From: Minisyncoccia bacterium
Lineage (GTDB): Bacteria > Patescibacteriota > Minisyncoccia > Phycocordibacterales > Zambryskibacteraceae
Reading direction: 5' to 3'
DNA: 64,000 nucleotides
Assembly: GCA_041742965.1 (NCBI GenBank)
Contig: JBGTNQ010000012.1
Span: forward strand, 1,379 to 65,378
The notes beneath the pieces are model-generated. The model did not search any database. It had not been told where the DNA came from and was given only the letters and a program-made list of their open reading frames with translations. The position numbers and the translations under genes were made by a program. Below are positions 45,916-55,379 of this stretch, piece after piece; the first letter of the stretch is position 1, and each line of letters starts with the position of its first letter.

Positions 45916-47385
45916 GTGATGAACCCGTTCCTAAGAAACCAACTCCGGCTTTCTTCAAAGAAAGCCTTGGAGTCGGCGACTCGCAAAATCAGTGGTTTCT
46001 TCGTCGCGGCCAAGAAAGCGATCGGTCGCCCACTCACTTGGACATGGACCAAAACTAAGGAGGTAGGAGTGAGTATCAAAAAAGTAGTTGGTGGACTCTT
46101 CAGCTCTGCTGGTCTGTATGTCAAAGATCAGTGGAAGAAGAATGCTCGACGAGTAGTTGAGGTGGTGTTGTATTTCATCATCATCCCAATACTCCTCTTC
46201 ACCTTCTACGTGAATTTGGGAGTCTCTATCAAAGAGCTTCCTTTCGCGAAGATTGCGTTGTACGGAGGAATCGGACTCGCTGTTGCCCTCTTGCTCTGGC
46301 TCAGTTGGAGCAAGAGGAATAAGTTAGTCAGCGCAGTTCGAGGTATTGGGAGCAGTGGAGGTGGTGGAAATAGCGGTGACGCTATTTCAAGATTCTTCAC
46401 TTCTGTTGCCGTGTTTCTTGTCTTCAATGCCGCCTACTGGGCGATGTTGAGTCAAATCCACGGCGACTGGGGATCAGAGTATTTTACTGGCACGTGGTTA
46501 TGGTCTCCAGCCTTCATTGTGCTGGCCGTGGCAACACTTGTCATGGGGTTCTCCTACGGGAGGGCAAACAAGCAGTTCGGATTCCTCCGAGTGCCGGCGG
46601 CGATAATGATTACCGTGACGGTAATCATGGCAATGCTTCCTGGTATCGGCGGGCCAGTACGGCCCAAGATACCGGGTTTCGCCGAAGCTTCGGCGGTGAA
46701 TTATACCCTGCCGAGGAAGCTAGCGGATGCGCCCTGGATAGTCTATCAGGGGCCGGTCAAGGACTCGGTCCTTGCTGCCTTCCCCAGCGATACCACTATG
46801 TGGAATATCGCTGCAGCCGAAAGTGGCTTCCGTCAGTTTGATAGTGACGGAGTCCCTCTTCCGAACGACGAGGGGTCAAGCGCTGTGGGAGTCTTCCAGA
46901 TTATGGAAGGTCTCCATGGTCGCGACTGCGGAGCCGACCTCGATATCCATACCATTTCGGGGAATATCGCTTGCGCGAAAATTCTCCGAGAGCGTAATGG
47001 GTACCACGACTGGGCAAGTTCTGCCTGGAAGTGGCGCGACTGGTACGCCACCGAGCCAGAGCACTGGTCATTCGACAGGGCTCCAGAGTACCTTCTGGCA
47101 AGGAGTGCTCTCGGTGACGAGGTCGTGATCGTCGACGCCCCTGTGGGCAGTGAGAGTATTGCTGTCCACACCAATGGACGGAAGTACTGTTGGTCGGCTG
47201 ATGGCGAGGGAGTGCCATACCTCGTCATCGACGATGCTGGTCAGACAGCCACCATCAATCCGGGTGAGAGCGTTAAGCTCACTCGGTATGCGCGGTGGTT
47301 GAAGTTCCAATCACTTGGAGAAGTTCCCCTGAAGATTGTTTTCAGGCGGAGACCTCCTGGGGTCATGAGTTGCAGTACCGCCTGA
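45916..47385 (+). CDS. polytopic membrane protein with a lytic-transglycosylase (SLT-like) domain, in a GC-rich island
   Basis: Five or more TM helices, then NIAAAESGFRQF...GSSAVGVFQIMEGLHG, which matches the SLT catalytic Glu-Ser and GLMQ motifs. High local GC. Confidence 0.55.
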   Translation: MMNPFLRNQLRLSSKKALESATRKISGFFVAAKKAIGRPLTWTWTKTKEVGVSIKKVVGGLFSSAGLYVKDQWKKNARRVVEVVLYFIIIPILLFTFYVNLGVSIKELPFAKIALYGGIGLAVALLLWLSWSKRNKLVSAVRGIGSSGGGGNSGDAISRFFTSVAVFLVFNAAYWAMLSQIHGDWGSEYFTGTWLWSPAFIVLAVATLVMGFSYGRANKQFGFLRVPAAIMITVTVIMAMLPGIGGPVRPKIPGFAEASAVNYTLPRKLADAPWIVYQGPVKDSVLAAFPSDTTMWNIAAAESGFRQFDSDGVPLPNDEGSSAVGVFQIMEGLHGRDCGADLDIHTISGNIACAKILRERNGYHDWASSAWKWRDWYATEPEHWSFDRAPEYLLARSALGDEVVIVDAPVGSESIAVHTNGRKYCWSADGEGVPYLVIDDAGQTATINPGESVKLTRYARWLKFQSLGEVPLKIVFRRRPPGVMSCSTA

Positions 47386-47405
47386 TTTTGGGCGGTGAAA
47401 AACGA

Positions 47406-47476
47406 GGGCGACGCGAAAGCGTCGCCCTTTTCTCATACCAAAACCCCCTCCGCCTTGGGCGGAGGGGGTTTTGTAT
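47406..47476 (+). terminator. two tandem Rho-independent terminators
   Basis: gggcgacgc-gaaa-gcgtcgccc-ttttctc, then aaccccctccgcc-ttg-ggcggagggggtt-ttgtatt. Confidence 0.75.
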
Positions 47477-47482
47477 TCCAAA

Positions 47483-47764
47483 CTAATCAAGAAGTCTGTC
47501 TATATATTGCGGTTGACTCGCCCGAAGTCCAAATGTATTGAGAATTATATTTATAATTCCAAAAACAGAAACCATAATAATCATGCCTATAATCCCCCAC
47601 TTCATATGACTCTTGCCCTTCTCTCTTGCACTAGGGTCGTCACCTGATGCAACGAAAGAGAATATTCCCCAGAAAAAGAAGAGAATTGCTACAGCGAAAC
47701 CAAACACAATCAGCGGATTGAGTATGATTTCCGCTATACGAGCCAAAAATTCAGATATGGACAC
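47483..47764 (-). CDS. small two-TM membrane protein, paralog 1 of 6 (TrbC/VirB2-pilin-like)
   Basis: Core LIVFGFAVAILFFFWGIFSFVASGDDPSAREKGKSHMKWGIIGMIIMVSVFGIINI matches the shared family pattern. Confidence 0.5.
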   Translation of the reverse strand: MSISEFLARIAEIILNPLIVFGFAVAILFFFWGIFSFVASGDDPSAREKGKSHMKWGIIGMIIMVSVFGIINIILNTFGLRASQPQYIDRLLD

Positions 47765-47778
47765 GGAACAAATTTAAA

Positions 47779-48159
47779 TTAATTAGTCTGAAGATTTCCA
47801 ACACCTGGCGTAGTGCCTAAATTCTGACTTTGCTGAATACCCAAAGCATTACCAACAAAGCTAACAAGACCCCATACAGAAACCATCACAAACAAAGTTA
47901 CAACTCCCCATATCATCATGTTTTTACCTTTTGCTGCATCTACTTCATCTCCAGCTGCAAGGACAAACTTAGCCAATCCCCAGAAAAAGAAGAGAAGAGC
48001 CAAAGCTACTACTAGTGGCAACAAAAGATCAACAATCCTCCCAATAGACCTGAAAAATGTCTCAATATTTGTCAGCTGTGGACCAGCAGTACCAGCCATA
48101 GTTAACAAAGGAAGAGCGAAAACTGCTAAACTACCTATAAATTTCCTTATCATATTCAA
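47779..48159 (-). CDS. small two-TM membrane protein, paralog 2 (signal peptide + VirB2-like core)
   Basis: LLLPLVVALALLFFFWGLAKFVLAAGDEVDAAKGKNMMIWGVVTLFVMVSVWGLVSFV. Confidence 0.5.
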   Translation of the reverse strand: MNMIRKFIGSLAVFALPLLTMAGTAGPQLTNIETFFRSIGRIVDLLLPLVVALALLFFFWGLAKFVLAAGDEVDAAKGKNMMIWGVVTLFVMVSVWGLVSFVGNALGIQQSQNLGTTPGVGNLQTN

Positions 48160-48256
48160 TAAATTAATATTAAAACCTATAAATTTCTTTCTAATATACC
48201 TACTAATAGTATCACGAAAAAATCGAAAAGACAGGCATATGTGGAAAACAAAAAAA

Positions 48257-48550
48257 TCAATTATTAACCTTTGGGTTTAATTGAGAGGGAGCATTACCTC
48301 CAATGAGGAAAATAACATCTTCTTGTATAAACCTTACAATTCCCCAAATAGACACCATAACGAATAAAACAACAATCCCCCACACCATCTTATTTTTTCC
48401 CTCTTGCTTCTTCTTCACATCATCACTCTCTTTTATAAATATAGCCAAACTCCAAAAGAAAAAGAGTAGAGCCACAGCCACAGAAAGTGGGAGTAGTAAA
48501 TTCACCAAGCTTCCAAATGCCGATATTAAATCTTGAATATTTGAAATCAT
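48257..48550 (-). CDS. small two-TM membrane protein, paralog 3
   Basis: LLLPLSVAVALLFFFWSLAIFIKESDDVKKKQEGKNKMVWGIVVLFVMVSIWGIVRFI. Confidence 0.5.
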   Translation of the reverse strand: MISNIQDLISAFGSLVNLLLPLSVAVALLFFFWSLAIFIKESDDVKKKQEGKNKMVWGIVVLFVMVSIWGIVRFIQEDVIFLIGGNAPSQLNPKVNN

Positions 48551-48933
48551 GGACTTGTTGTAGGAAATTGAGGAATAGTACTAATAGGTTGACCAAACAG
48601 GTCACCAGTAATGAGATTTATTATTCCTATAAACGAAACCATTACAAACAAAGCCAAAATACCCCATTTCATAAGACTCTTCCCCTCTTCAATAACCTTC
48701 TCATCCCCAGAGCCCCTGATAACTTTCGCCAAACCCCAGAAAAATACTAGGAGAGTGGCTCCAACAATCACAGGTAGAAGACTATTAATAAAACTTGTAA
48801 ATAAGCAGAGAGTTTCTGCAAAGGTGGTTGGTGGTAATGGCACATTAGCCGGACAGGCAGCAAAAACAGGCACTGGTAGAAATACCGAGAAAGAAAGAAT
48901 TAGAATTAAAAATAGAGAAGAGAAACGAATCAT
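48547..48933 (-). CDS. small two-TM membrane protein, paralog 4 (signal peptide)
   Basis: LLPVIVGATLLVFFWGLAKVIRGSGDEKVIEEGKSLMKWGILALFVMVSFIGIINLI. Shares a 4-nt overlap with its neighbour. Confidence 0.5.
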   Translation of the reverse strand: MIRFSSLFLILILSFSVFLPVPVFAACPANVPLPPTTFAETLCLFTSFINSLLPVIVGATLLVFFWGLAKVIRGSGDEKVIEEGKSLMKWGILALFVMVSFIGIINLITGDLFGQPISTIPQFPTTSP

Positions 48934-49367
48934 GCGCGAAGTTGATTAATAGTAGTCTCAATGACTTGAGCTATAACCCAAGCGCCAAGCAATATTGCCG
49001 TACCTATGGCGGCGTTTGTAAAGGCTGCCTTGCCCTCCCCAATCTGCTTTTCATCCCCACGAGCCGTGACTAAAAGAAAACCTGCATACATTATATAGAG
49101 AACAGCTATTACACCCCCTAGAGGTAGAACTATGTTGTTTATTACAAGAGATATAAATTCATAAAGAGTTGAGGCTCCACGAACTGGGTTTTGAATCTTT
49201 ATTGTTGTAACTACGGGATTTGGACCCTCACCTTCTCCTGGATCTAATCCGGGGTCAGGACCCTCAGACTCACCACCAAGAAGTAAGATTGGTGAAAAGA
49301 GAAACAAAAAAACTAAAATATGTATGCTACTTCTTTTCAATTTCATTATATTCATATTATATATCAA
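48930..49367 (-). CDS. small two-TM membrane protein, paralog 5 (signal peptide, Gly/Pro/Glu linker)
   Basis: IVLPLGGVIAVLYIMYAGFLLVTARGDEKQIGEGKAAFTNAAIGTAILLGAWVIAQVI resembles the VirB2 pattern ILGP...AVL.I..G..wM.G. Confidence 0.5.
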   Translation of the reverse strand: MIYNMNIMKLKRSSIHILVFLFLFSPILLLGGESEGPDPGLDPGEGEGPNPVVTTIKIQNPVRGASTLYEFISLVINNIVLPLGGVIAVLYIMYAGFLLVTARGDEKQIGEGKAAFTNAAIGTAILLGAWVIAQVIETTINQLRA

Positions 49368-49757
49368 TTATTCAAGAATCGAATAACCATCATCAAGCAA
49401 AGCTGATAAAATCAAATCCACAATGAGCCAAGCAGCGAGCATAAATATAAGCCCCTTTGCCACCTTTACAAAAACATCCTTTCCTCTGTCTCTCTGACCT
49501 TGGTTACCTCCAGCGGTCATAATGAGAAAACCCGCCCAAGCGAAAGAAAGAGCTGCAAGCGGTATAGCTATTAAAATTAGAAAATTGATAAAATTCTGAG
49601 CAAGTTCTATGAGTTTGTTGTATGAACATGGACCAAGGGCAGAACCTGGGGCATCATCACAAACGATTAGATTTTCCCCAGCCATAACCCCAACAGTACC
49701 TGGTAGCGGAGTGGCCAATAAACAAAGCATTATAAAACTAAATAATATTTTTTTCAT
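49368..49757 (-). CDS. small two-TM membrane protein, paralog 6 (signal peptide)
   Basis: LILIAIPLAALSFAWAGFLIMTAGGNQGQRDRGKDVFVKVAKGLIFMLAAWLIVDLI. Confidence 0.5.
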   Translation of the reverse strand: MKKILFSFIMLCLLATPLPGTVGVMAGENLIVCDDAPGSALGPCSYNKLIELAQNFINFLILIAIPLAALSFAWAGFLIMTAGGNQGQRDRGKDVFVKVAKGLIFMLAAWLIVDLILSALLDDGYSILE

Positions 49758-51046
49758 TATCTTTGCAAAAGATTTTGGAGTTCTTGATGAGCCCTAGTAA
49801 TGGCTTGTTCAAACCTCGCCCTTCCTCCGGTTATGGTCTCTATGAGATCTTTGAATATCCGACCAGTGGCAACCGCATCAGGGTCACGCCAAGCTTTGGA
49901 CCACAAAGCGTTATCAAAAAAAACTTGAGAAAAACCGTCAGAAGGTCTCTGTAAAAGCAAATCTCTTCTGGCAGGAGGTATTTGAAGATTTTGTGAAAAA
50001 ATAATAGAGACTTCTGGAGTTGTTAGGTTCACAATTGCTGAATAGGCCCCAGAGACATTGGAGGTGTTTCTCACTATAGCTAAAGCATGCATTTTGCCAA
50101 AGGTTGTCTTCCTGAGATTAGTGCGAGACTGTGGCAAAGAAGCAACATCAAAATTTAGATTTGGGTTTTTGAGATTAATTGCCTTAAGCTCTGAAGCGAA
50201 ACCGAAGTAAACAGCCAAGTCGCCGGATGTAAACATATTTTGAGAAAATGGGAGAGAGCGATTCCAAGAATAAAAAGGTTTGGCTGGATTTGAAAACTCG
50301 GTATAGAAAGTCAGGGCCGCAGAAGCCGGTGCAACTGGTAAGTTGAAATTGTCTAATAGTGCACTATAAAAACGATTTCCATCAGACGAAGTGATGGCTC
50401 CACCAGCTTGAAATATAAGAGTGCTTAAAATCTCTTTTGCATTTGCTACATTAGAATATTCTCCAAGGGCGACTGCCGATTTAACAATATTGAATGCTCC
50501 GTCTTTCTGAGTAAGAGTTTGTGATAATGTATAAAATTCATCCCAAAATGCCGGAGGGTTTGCTAAGCTAGCATTAGTGAAAATATCTCTATTCCAATAC
50601 ATAACAAGCGGATCAACAAGCATCGGCAAAGCCAAAATACCATCGCCTTGCAAAAATATTTCTCCCTCTTCTATGAACACATTTTTAAAATCTCGCTCTG
50701 AATACGCCGTATAAGGTATAGGGAAAATCCTACTACTATTCCTTAAAATATCTTCGTGTGGCAAAAAAACAATATCTGGGCCACGGCCATCAGCTAAAGC
50801 TTCAACAAACTGTTGCTGGAATGTGTTGGGGGATTTTTCAACATAAGATATCTGTATCAATTTATCTTTTGAAAGTGTCGTCTCAAAAAAGGAGGCATTC
50901 CATACTTGTTGGGAAACGGTCCCCCAAACTGTCACACTAACTTTCTCTCCACTGTCTCCACGAAAAAAGGCAAAAGCAAAAACTCCAATGATTATAAAAA
51001 CACCGAAGGCTCCAGTAAGAACTAATTGGAATTTGGACATATTCAT
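49757..51046 (-). CDS. membrane-anchored extracellular solute-binding protein (SBP family 1-like)
   Basis: N-terminal TM, then GRGPDIVFLPHEDI...LALPMLVDPLVMYWNRDIF..., typical of MalE-like SBPs. No permease or ATPase genes are adjacent. Confidence 0.65.
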   Translation of the reverse strand: MNMSKFQLVLTGAFGVFIIIGVFAFAFFRGDSGEKVSVTVWGTVSQQVWNASFFETTLSKDKLIQISYVEKSPNTFQQQFVEALADGRGPDIVFLPHEDILRNSSRIFPIPYTAYSERDFKNVFIEEGEIFLQGDGILALPMLVDPLVMYWNRDIFTNASLANPPAFWDEFYTLSQTLTQKDGAFNIVKSAVALGEYSNVANAKEILSTLIFQAGGAITSSDGNRFYSALLDNFNLPVAPASAALTFYTEFSNPAKPFYSWNRSLPFSQNMFTSGDLAVYFGFASELKAINLKNPNLNFDVASLPQSRTNLRKTTFGKMHALAIVRNTSNVSGAYSAIVNLTTPEVSIIFSQNLQIPPARRDLLLQRPSDGFSQVFFDNALWSKAWRDPDAVATGRIFKDLIETITGGRARFEQAITRAHQELQNLLQR

Positions 51047-51570
51047 GACTTTGTAAAAATTAATCCGTAATGATGCTTGCCGGCTGATATGTTTTTTTGG
51101 AAAACGAAGCCTACTTCAGAAAATACTTTTTTTGCATCATCTTCAGAAAAAACCGCATCTGAATGAGGTCCAATGCCTCCAAAAGAATCCGTCCAATCAA
51201 TCAAAAGAAGTCTACCTTTGGATTCCAAAACCCTAAATGCCTCTTTTGCTATAGCTGACCTATCTCTAACTTGAAACATTAAGTTTGATATAACTATAAC
51301 CTTTACCGCCTCGTCTTTGAGCCTACTTCCCAAGGGCTTTTCCAAGTCTCCCCAGACAACTTCAATATTTGATAAACCTTGCCTTGTGGCTTCATTTTTA
51401 ATCTTTGAGAGCAATTCTTTTTGAATATCTATGGCATAGACCGTACCGCCGTCACCCACGACCTTGGCCATAGCTAAACTATAGTGCCCAGAACCTGAAC
51501 CGAAGTCGGCGACACTTTCTCCAAGATTGATGCCGAATTGTTCTATATTTTTGATTGGGTCAGAAAACAT
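51043..51570 (-). CDS. class I SAM-dependent methyltransferase
   Basis: Motif I VADFGSGSGHYS and motif II VYAIDI. Confidence 0.75.
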   Translation of the reverse strand: MFSDPIKNIEQFGINLGESVADFGSGSGHYSLAMAKVVGDGGTVYAIDIQKELLSKIKNEATRQGLSNIEVVWGDLEKPLGSRLKDEAVKVIVISNLMFQVRDRSAIAKEAFRVLESKGRLLLIDWTDSFGGIGPHSDAVFSEDDAKKVFSEVGFVFQKNISAGKHHYGLIFTKS

Positions 51571-51676
51571 AATATTTATAGAGAGAAGTCTAAAATTTCA
51601 ATGACAATATTATAACCCACATTCAAAAGGAGCTATACACAGAATGAACAAAAAACAAAATTAGAAGTATGTATAT

Positions 51677-54154
51677 TTAGAAACAAATGAGAGAGGCGAG
51701 GCTGTCCCCTTCTCGAAGTTTCATAACTCTCACTCCTTGGGTTTGACGGCCAAGCTCTGGAATCTCATCAATTGCGGTCCTTATAACCTGGCCTTTCTTT
51801 GATATGGCCACGAGTTCTGCTTCCTCTTCACTTACCACAGCTGAGGCGATAACTTTTCCTGTTTTTGCTGTTACATTTCCTGTTTTTATACCAGAACCAC
51901 CGCGACCCTGTATTTTATATTCTGATAGGTCAGTTTGTTTTCCATATCCATTTGCATAGACAACCAGAAGCATAGGCTTAACAGTCTCTTTTCTGGCCAC
52001 TTGAGCTGCGACGACAATATCCCCTTTTTGAAGTTTCATCAGACGAACACCAGAAGCATTTCTGCCCATCTCTCTGACATCACTTGCTTTAAAACGAATT
52101 GACTGACCATTACTTGATACAATAACAGCACTATCTTCTGGATTTGCCAAAGAAGCTGAAACGAGTGAATCGTCTGGGGCTAGTTTGATTGCAATAATTC
52201 CACTTGAGCGAACATCCGAGAAGTTTTTTGCAGACACTCTCTTACCATTTCCATTCCTTGTAACCATTACGAGAGAAGTCCCCTCCTTGGATTTTTCTTG
52301 TTTTGGAACAGGAAGAATGGAAGTAACCTTCTCTTCACTACCCAAAGAGATGAAATTCATAATAGACTTGCCTCTCGTCGCTCTTTTGCCTTCTGGAATG
52401 TCGTACATTTTTATCTGATAGACCTTACCCTTATCTGTAAAGAAAAGAAGGTCGCTATGTGTAGAGGCTGTGAGGAAATGAGTAACAAAATCTTCTTCTT
52501 TAGTATTTAAGTCTACAACTCCTACACCCCCTCTCTTTTGGGCTTTGTATTCTCCAGGGTTGGTTCTCTTTATATATCCGCCGGCCGTCAAAACGAGAGC
52601 GTTTTCTTCATCTGGAATTAAGTCTTCAACAGAAAATACCTGAGCACCACCCTTTACCACCTTGGTGCGTCTTTCATCGCCATATTTTTCCTGAAGCTCG
52701 GAAAGTTCTTTTTTTATTATTGAAAAGATTTTCTTTGGATTTGCCAAAATACTTTTAAGTTCAGCAATAAGGTCTTGAACGCCTTTCAGTTCATCTTCTA
52801 TCTTTTTTCTTTCAAGTCCGGCCAACTTTTGAAGACGCATCTCCAAAATAGCCGTGGTTTGTAAATCGGAAAACTTAAACTCTTTCATCAACCCCTTATG
52901 GGCCTCTTCTACAGTCTTTGAAGCACGAATGAGTTTAATAATGCGGTCTATGTGGTCAAGAGCTTTTTTGAGACCCAAGAGTATATGTTCGCGATCAAGA
53001 GCTTTCCTCAAATCAAACTCTGTGCGCCGTCTAACCACTTCATTTCTATGAGAAACGAATTCGGTCAATATAGACTTTAAAGAAAGGGTTTGAGGGATAC
53101 CATTCACTAGAGCCACTAGGTTAAAGTGAAAAGTTTCTTCAAGTTGTGTGTGTTTATAAAGTTGATTTAGAATTTTCTGTGGCTGACTACCAGACTTTAG
53201 ATCTATGGCGATTCTTATGTCTTTCGTTGATTCATCACGAAGACCTTTTATACCCTCAATCTTTTTATCTCTAACGAGCTCTGCAATCTTAGTTATGAGG
53301 TCTGCCTTATTAACTCTAAAAGGAATCTCTGTGATTATAATTTGGAAGTTGCCAAGTTTTGATTCGCTAATTTCTGCAACACCACGCGCCACCACACCAC
53401 CTCTACCAGTAGCATAAGCATGGTGTATATCTTTTTGATTAAAAATTATTCCACCAGTAGGGAAGTCGGGGCCCTTGATAAACTGCAACAAATCTTCAGT
53501 GGTAGCATTCTTGTTATCAACCAAATAGGCCACCGCATCACATAGCTCGCGCAGGTTGTGTGGCGGAATGTTCGTCGCCATTCCCACGGCAATACCCAAA
53601 GTTCCATTCAAAAGAAGGTTGGGGGCCGCAGACGGAAGTACTATTGGCTCTTTTTTTGTCCCGTCGTAGTTTGGGCGAAAATCAACGGTTTCTTTTTCAA
53701 TATCTCTCAATAATTCACTAGAGAGACGAGACATCTTGGCTTCGGTATATCTGTAGGCTGCGGCATTGTCTCCATCAATAGAACCGAAGTTACCTTGACC
53801 AATAACCAAAGGATACCTAGTAGAAAAATCTTGAGCCATCTTCACCATTGAGTCATAGACGGAGGTGTCTCCATGCGGATGGTAGTTACCCAAAACATCT
53901 CCCACGACCGTAGCAGATTTACGAAACTTGGCACTTGCGGAAAGACCCATATTATTCATTGAGAACAAAATCCTTCTGTGGACAGGCTTTAGACCGTCTC
54001 GCACATCAGGAAGAGCTCTGTCTGTGATGACAGACATGGCGTAGTCAATAAATGACTCTTTCATTTCCGTAACAATGTTGCGAGGAACAACATTTACTCG
54101 CGGTTCAGAAGGTATTGGGAGAGTTCCCCCTTTTTTGTCTTGTTTTTTTGCCAT
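51677..54154 (-). CDS. gyrA: DNA gyrase subunit A
   Basis: QRDR region [28 protein letters not shown], the catalytic Tyr region [11 protein letters not shown], and C-terminal beta-pinwheel repeats. Confidence 0.9.
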   Translation of the reverse strand: MAKKQDKKGGTLPIPSEPRVNVVPRNIVTEMKESFIDYAMSVITDRALPDVRDGLKPVHRRILFSMNNMGLSASAKFRKSATVVGDVLGNYHPHGDTSVYDSMVKMAQDFSTRYPLVIGQGNFGSIDGDNAAAYRYTEAKMSRLSSELLRDIEKETVDFRPNYDGTKKEPIVLPSAAPNLLLNGTLGIAVGMATNIPPHNLRELCDAVAYLVDNKNATTEDLLQFIKGPDFPTGGIIFNQKDIHHAYATGRGGVVARGVAEISESKLGNFQIIITEIPFRVNKADLITKIAELVRDKKIEGIKGLRDESTKDIRIAIDLKSGSQPQKILNQLYKHTQLEETFHFNLVALVNGIPQTLSLKSILTEFVSHRNEVVRRRTEFDLRKALDREHILLGLKKALDHIDRIIKLIRASKTVEEAHKGLMKEFKFSDLQTTAILEMRLQKLAGLERKKIEDELKGVQDLIAELKSILANPKKIFSIIKKELSELQEKYGDERRTKVVKGGAQVFSVEDLIPDEENALVLTAGGYIKRTNPGEYKAQKRGGVGVVDLNTKEEDFVTHFLTASTHSDLLFFTDKGKVYQIKMYDIPEGKRATRGKSIMNFISLGSEEKVTSILPVPKQEKSKEGTSLVMVTRNGNGKRVSAKNFSDVRSSGIIAIKLAPDDSLVSASLANPEDSAVIVSSNGQSIRFKASDVREMGRNASGVRLMKLQKGDIVVAAQVARKETVKPMLLVVYANGYGKQTDLSEYKIQGRGGSGIKTGNVTAKTGKVIASAVVSEEEAELVAISKKGQVIRTAIDEIPELGRQTQGVRVMKLREGDSLASLICF

Positions 54155-54167
54155 CAAACATTAAGTA

Positions 54168-54545
54168 TTACTGATTCATCCTAGAATCATCTGGAACAAA
54201 TTTAATTTCCCCAGATTCTACCTGAGCTTTCATCTTGTTATATTCAGATTCAAAATCAAGGGTAGATGTTGTCTCTGTAAAAAGCTCTCTGGTAGCGGTT
54301 ACCACTTGAGCAACACTTTTCTTTAGAGAGGAAATTGGGGTGACGCCGTCAGAGGCTCTCCTGTCTTCCGCAATAATCTGATTAGCATTTTGAGGAAGCA
54401 GAACTGAAAGCCAAGCAATAAATATCATACCCGTAACGGCACCTGAAGCCAAAAGGGCAAAACGGCGTTTGTGATGATCGGGTTTTTTTCGAAGTCCTGA
54501 AATATATTGATACATATTAGATATATTATACCTCTGATAAGACAA
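54168..54545 (-). CDS. hypothetical membrane-anchored protein
   Basis: 125 aa with a basic N-terminus, one TM, then a soluble domain. No family recognised. Confidence 0.4.
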   Translation of the reverse strand: MSYQRYNISNMYQYISGLRKKPDHHKRRFALLASGAVTGMIFIAWLSVLLPQNANQIIAEDRRASDGVTPISSLKKSVAQVVTATRELFTETTSTLDFESEYNKMKAQVESGEIKFVPDDSRMNQ

Positions 54546-55164
54546 AAACCTCCCCCTCTTTACCTTCTAAATCCTTCTTCTTTATGGTCAATTTGTCAAC
54601 AGCTTTAGCGTCCTCACTCCCCGCCTCTTTTAGAAAAGTTTTGAGAGCTGTTTTTGATATTTCATCACCAAAATGAATGGGGACAATAATAGATGGCTCA
54701 AGTTTAACTGCTATGTCATTTGCCTGAGAAGGCTCTAGGACTCCATCTCCGCCAATCGGAACAAAAAGAACATCTATATCATCGAGTGCTTCTTTTGCAG
54801 AAATATCTAAAGAATCTGGAACGCCGATGGCTCCAAGGAAACAAAGATTCATTCCTTCAAGATTCATAAGGTAAACAGTGTTTATCCTATCTTTTGACTT
54901 ATAGTTTGAAATAGAAGAAAAACCCCTGATAAATATTCCGCCTATTTCATATTCTCCAGGACCATTTATGACGAAGGGTTCTCTGTCAGCTCTAGTAGCA
55001 GAGTCCCTGCCATTCATATCCGGATCATTTAAGGAGATGAGAGCGATGTCAGCACCAAAGCGAGTTGGTTTAAATTTTGAATCCTTAGACACTGGATTAT
55101 AAGAGACTACAGTGTCCCCAAATTGGACTTTTATAGACTCAATACCTTGATACGAGATAATCAT
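54526..55164 (-). CDS. MBL-fold metal-dependent hydrolase (UPF0173-like)
   Basis: DVLFVPIGGDGVLEP...IIVPIHFG resembles the UPF0173/MBL beta-lactamase fold. Confidence 0.5.
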   Translation of the reverse strand: MIISYQGIESIKVQFGDTVVSYNPVSKDSKFKPTRFGADIALISLNDPDMNGRDSATRADREPFVINGPGEYEIGGIFIRGFSSISNYKSKDRINTVYLMNLEGMNLCFLGAIGVPDSLDISAKEALDDIDVLFVPIGGDGVLEPSQANDIAVKLEPSIIVPIHFGDEISKTALKTFLKEAGSEDAKAVDKLTIKKKDLEGKEGEVFVLSEV

Positions 55165-55379
55165 ATGGAACCATGTTAGCACAGTTTTATGAAAAATAAA
55201 GCTCTAAAACTGTCTTTTTTGGGATTTTATGGGCCTTGTTTTTTAATCTATTTTCATATAGAATCGCACTTACTTAGCCTAAAGCTAGGTTTTTGTTTTA
55301 TCAATTTATTAGGCGAATCGTAACCTTACGCAGGAGAAATGATGTACCGGCGATGCGTAAATCGGTTCGCACAAAACAA

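Noticed and set aside
46494-47310. Multiple internal ORFs inside the 45916..47385 gene on both strands
   Set aside because: Same GC-rich open-frame effect. The long frame with TM helices plus the SLT motif is the coherent one.
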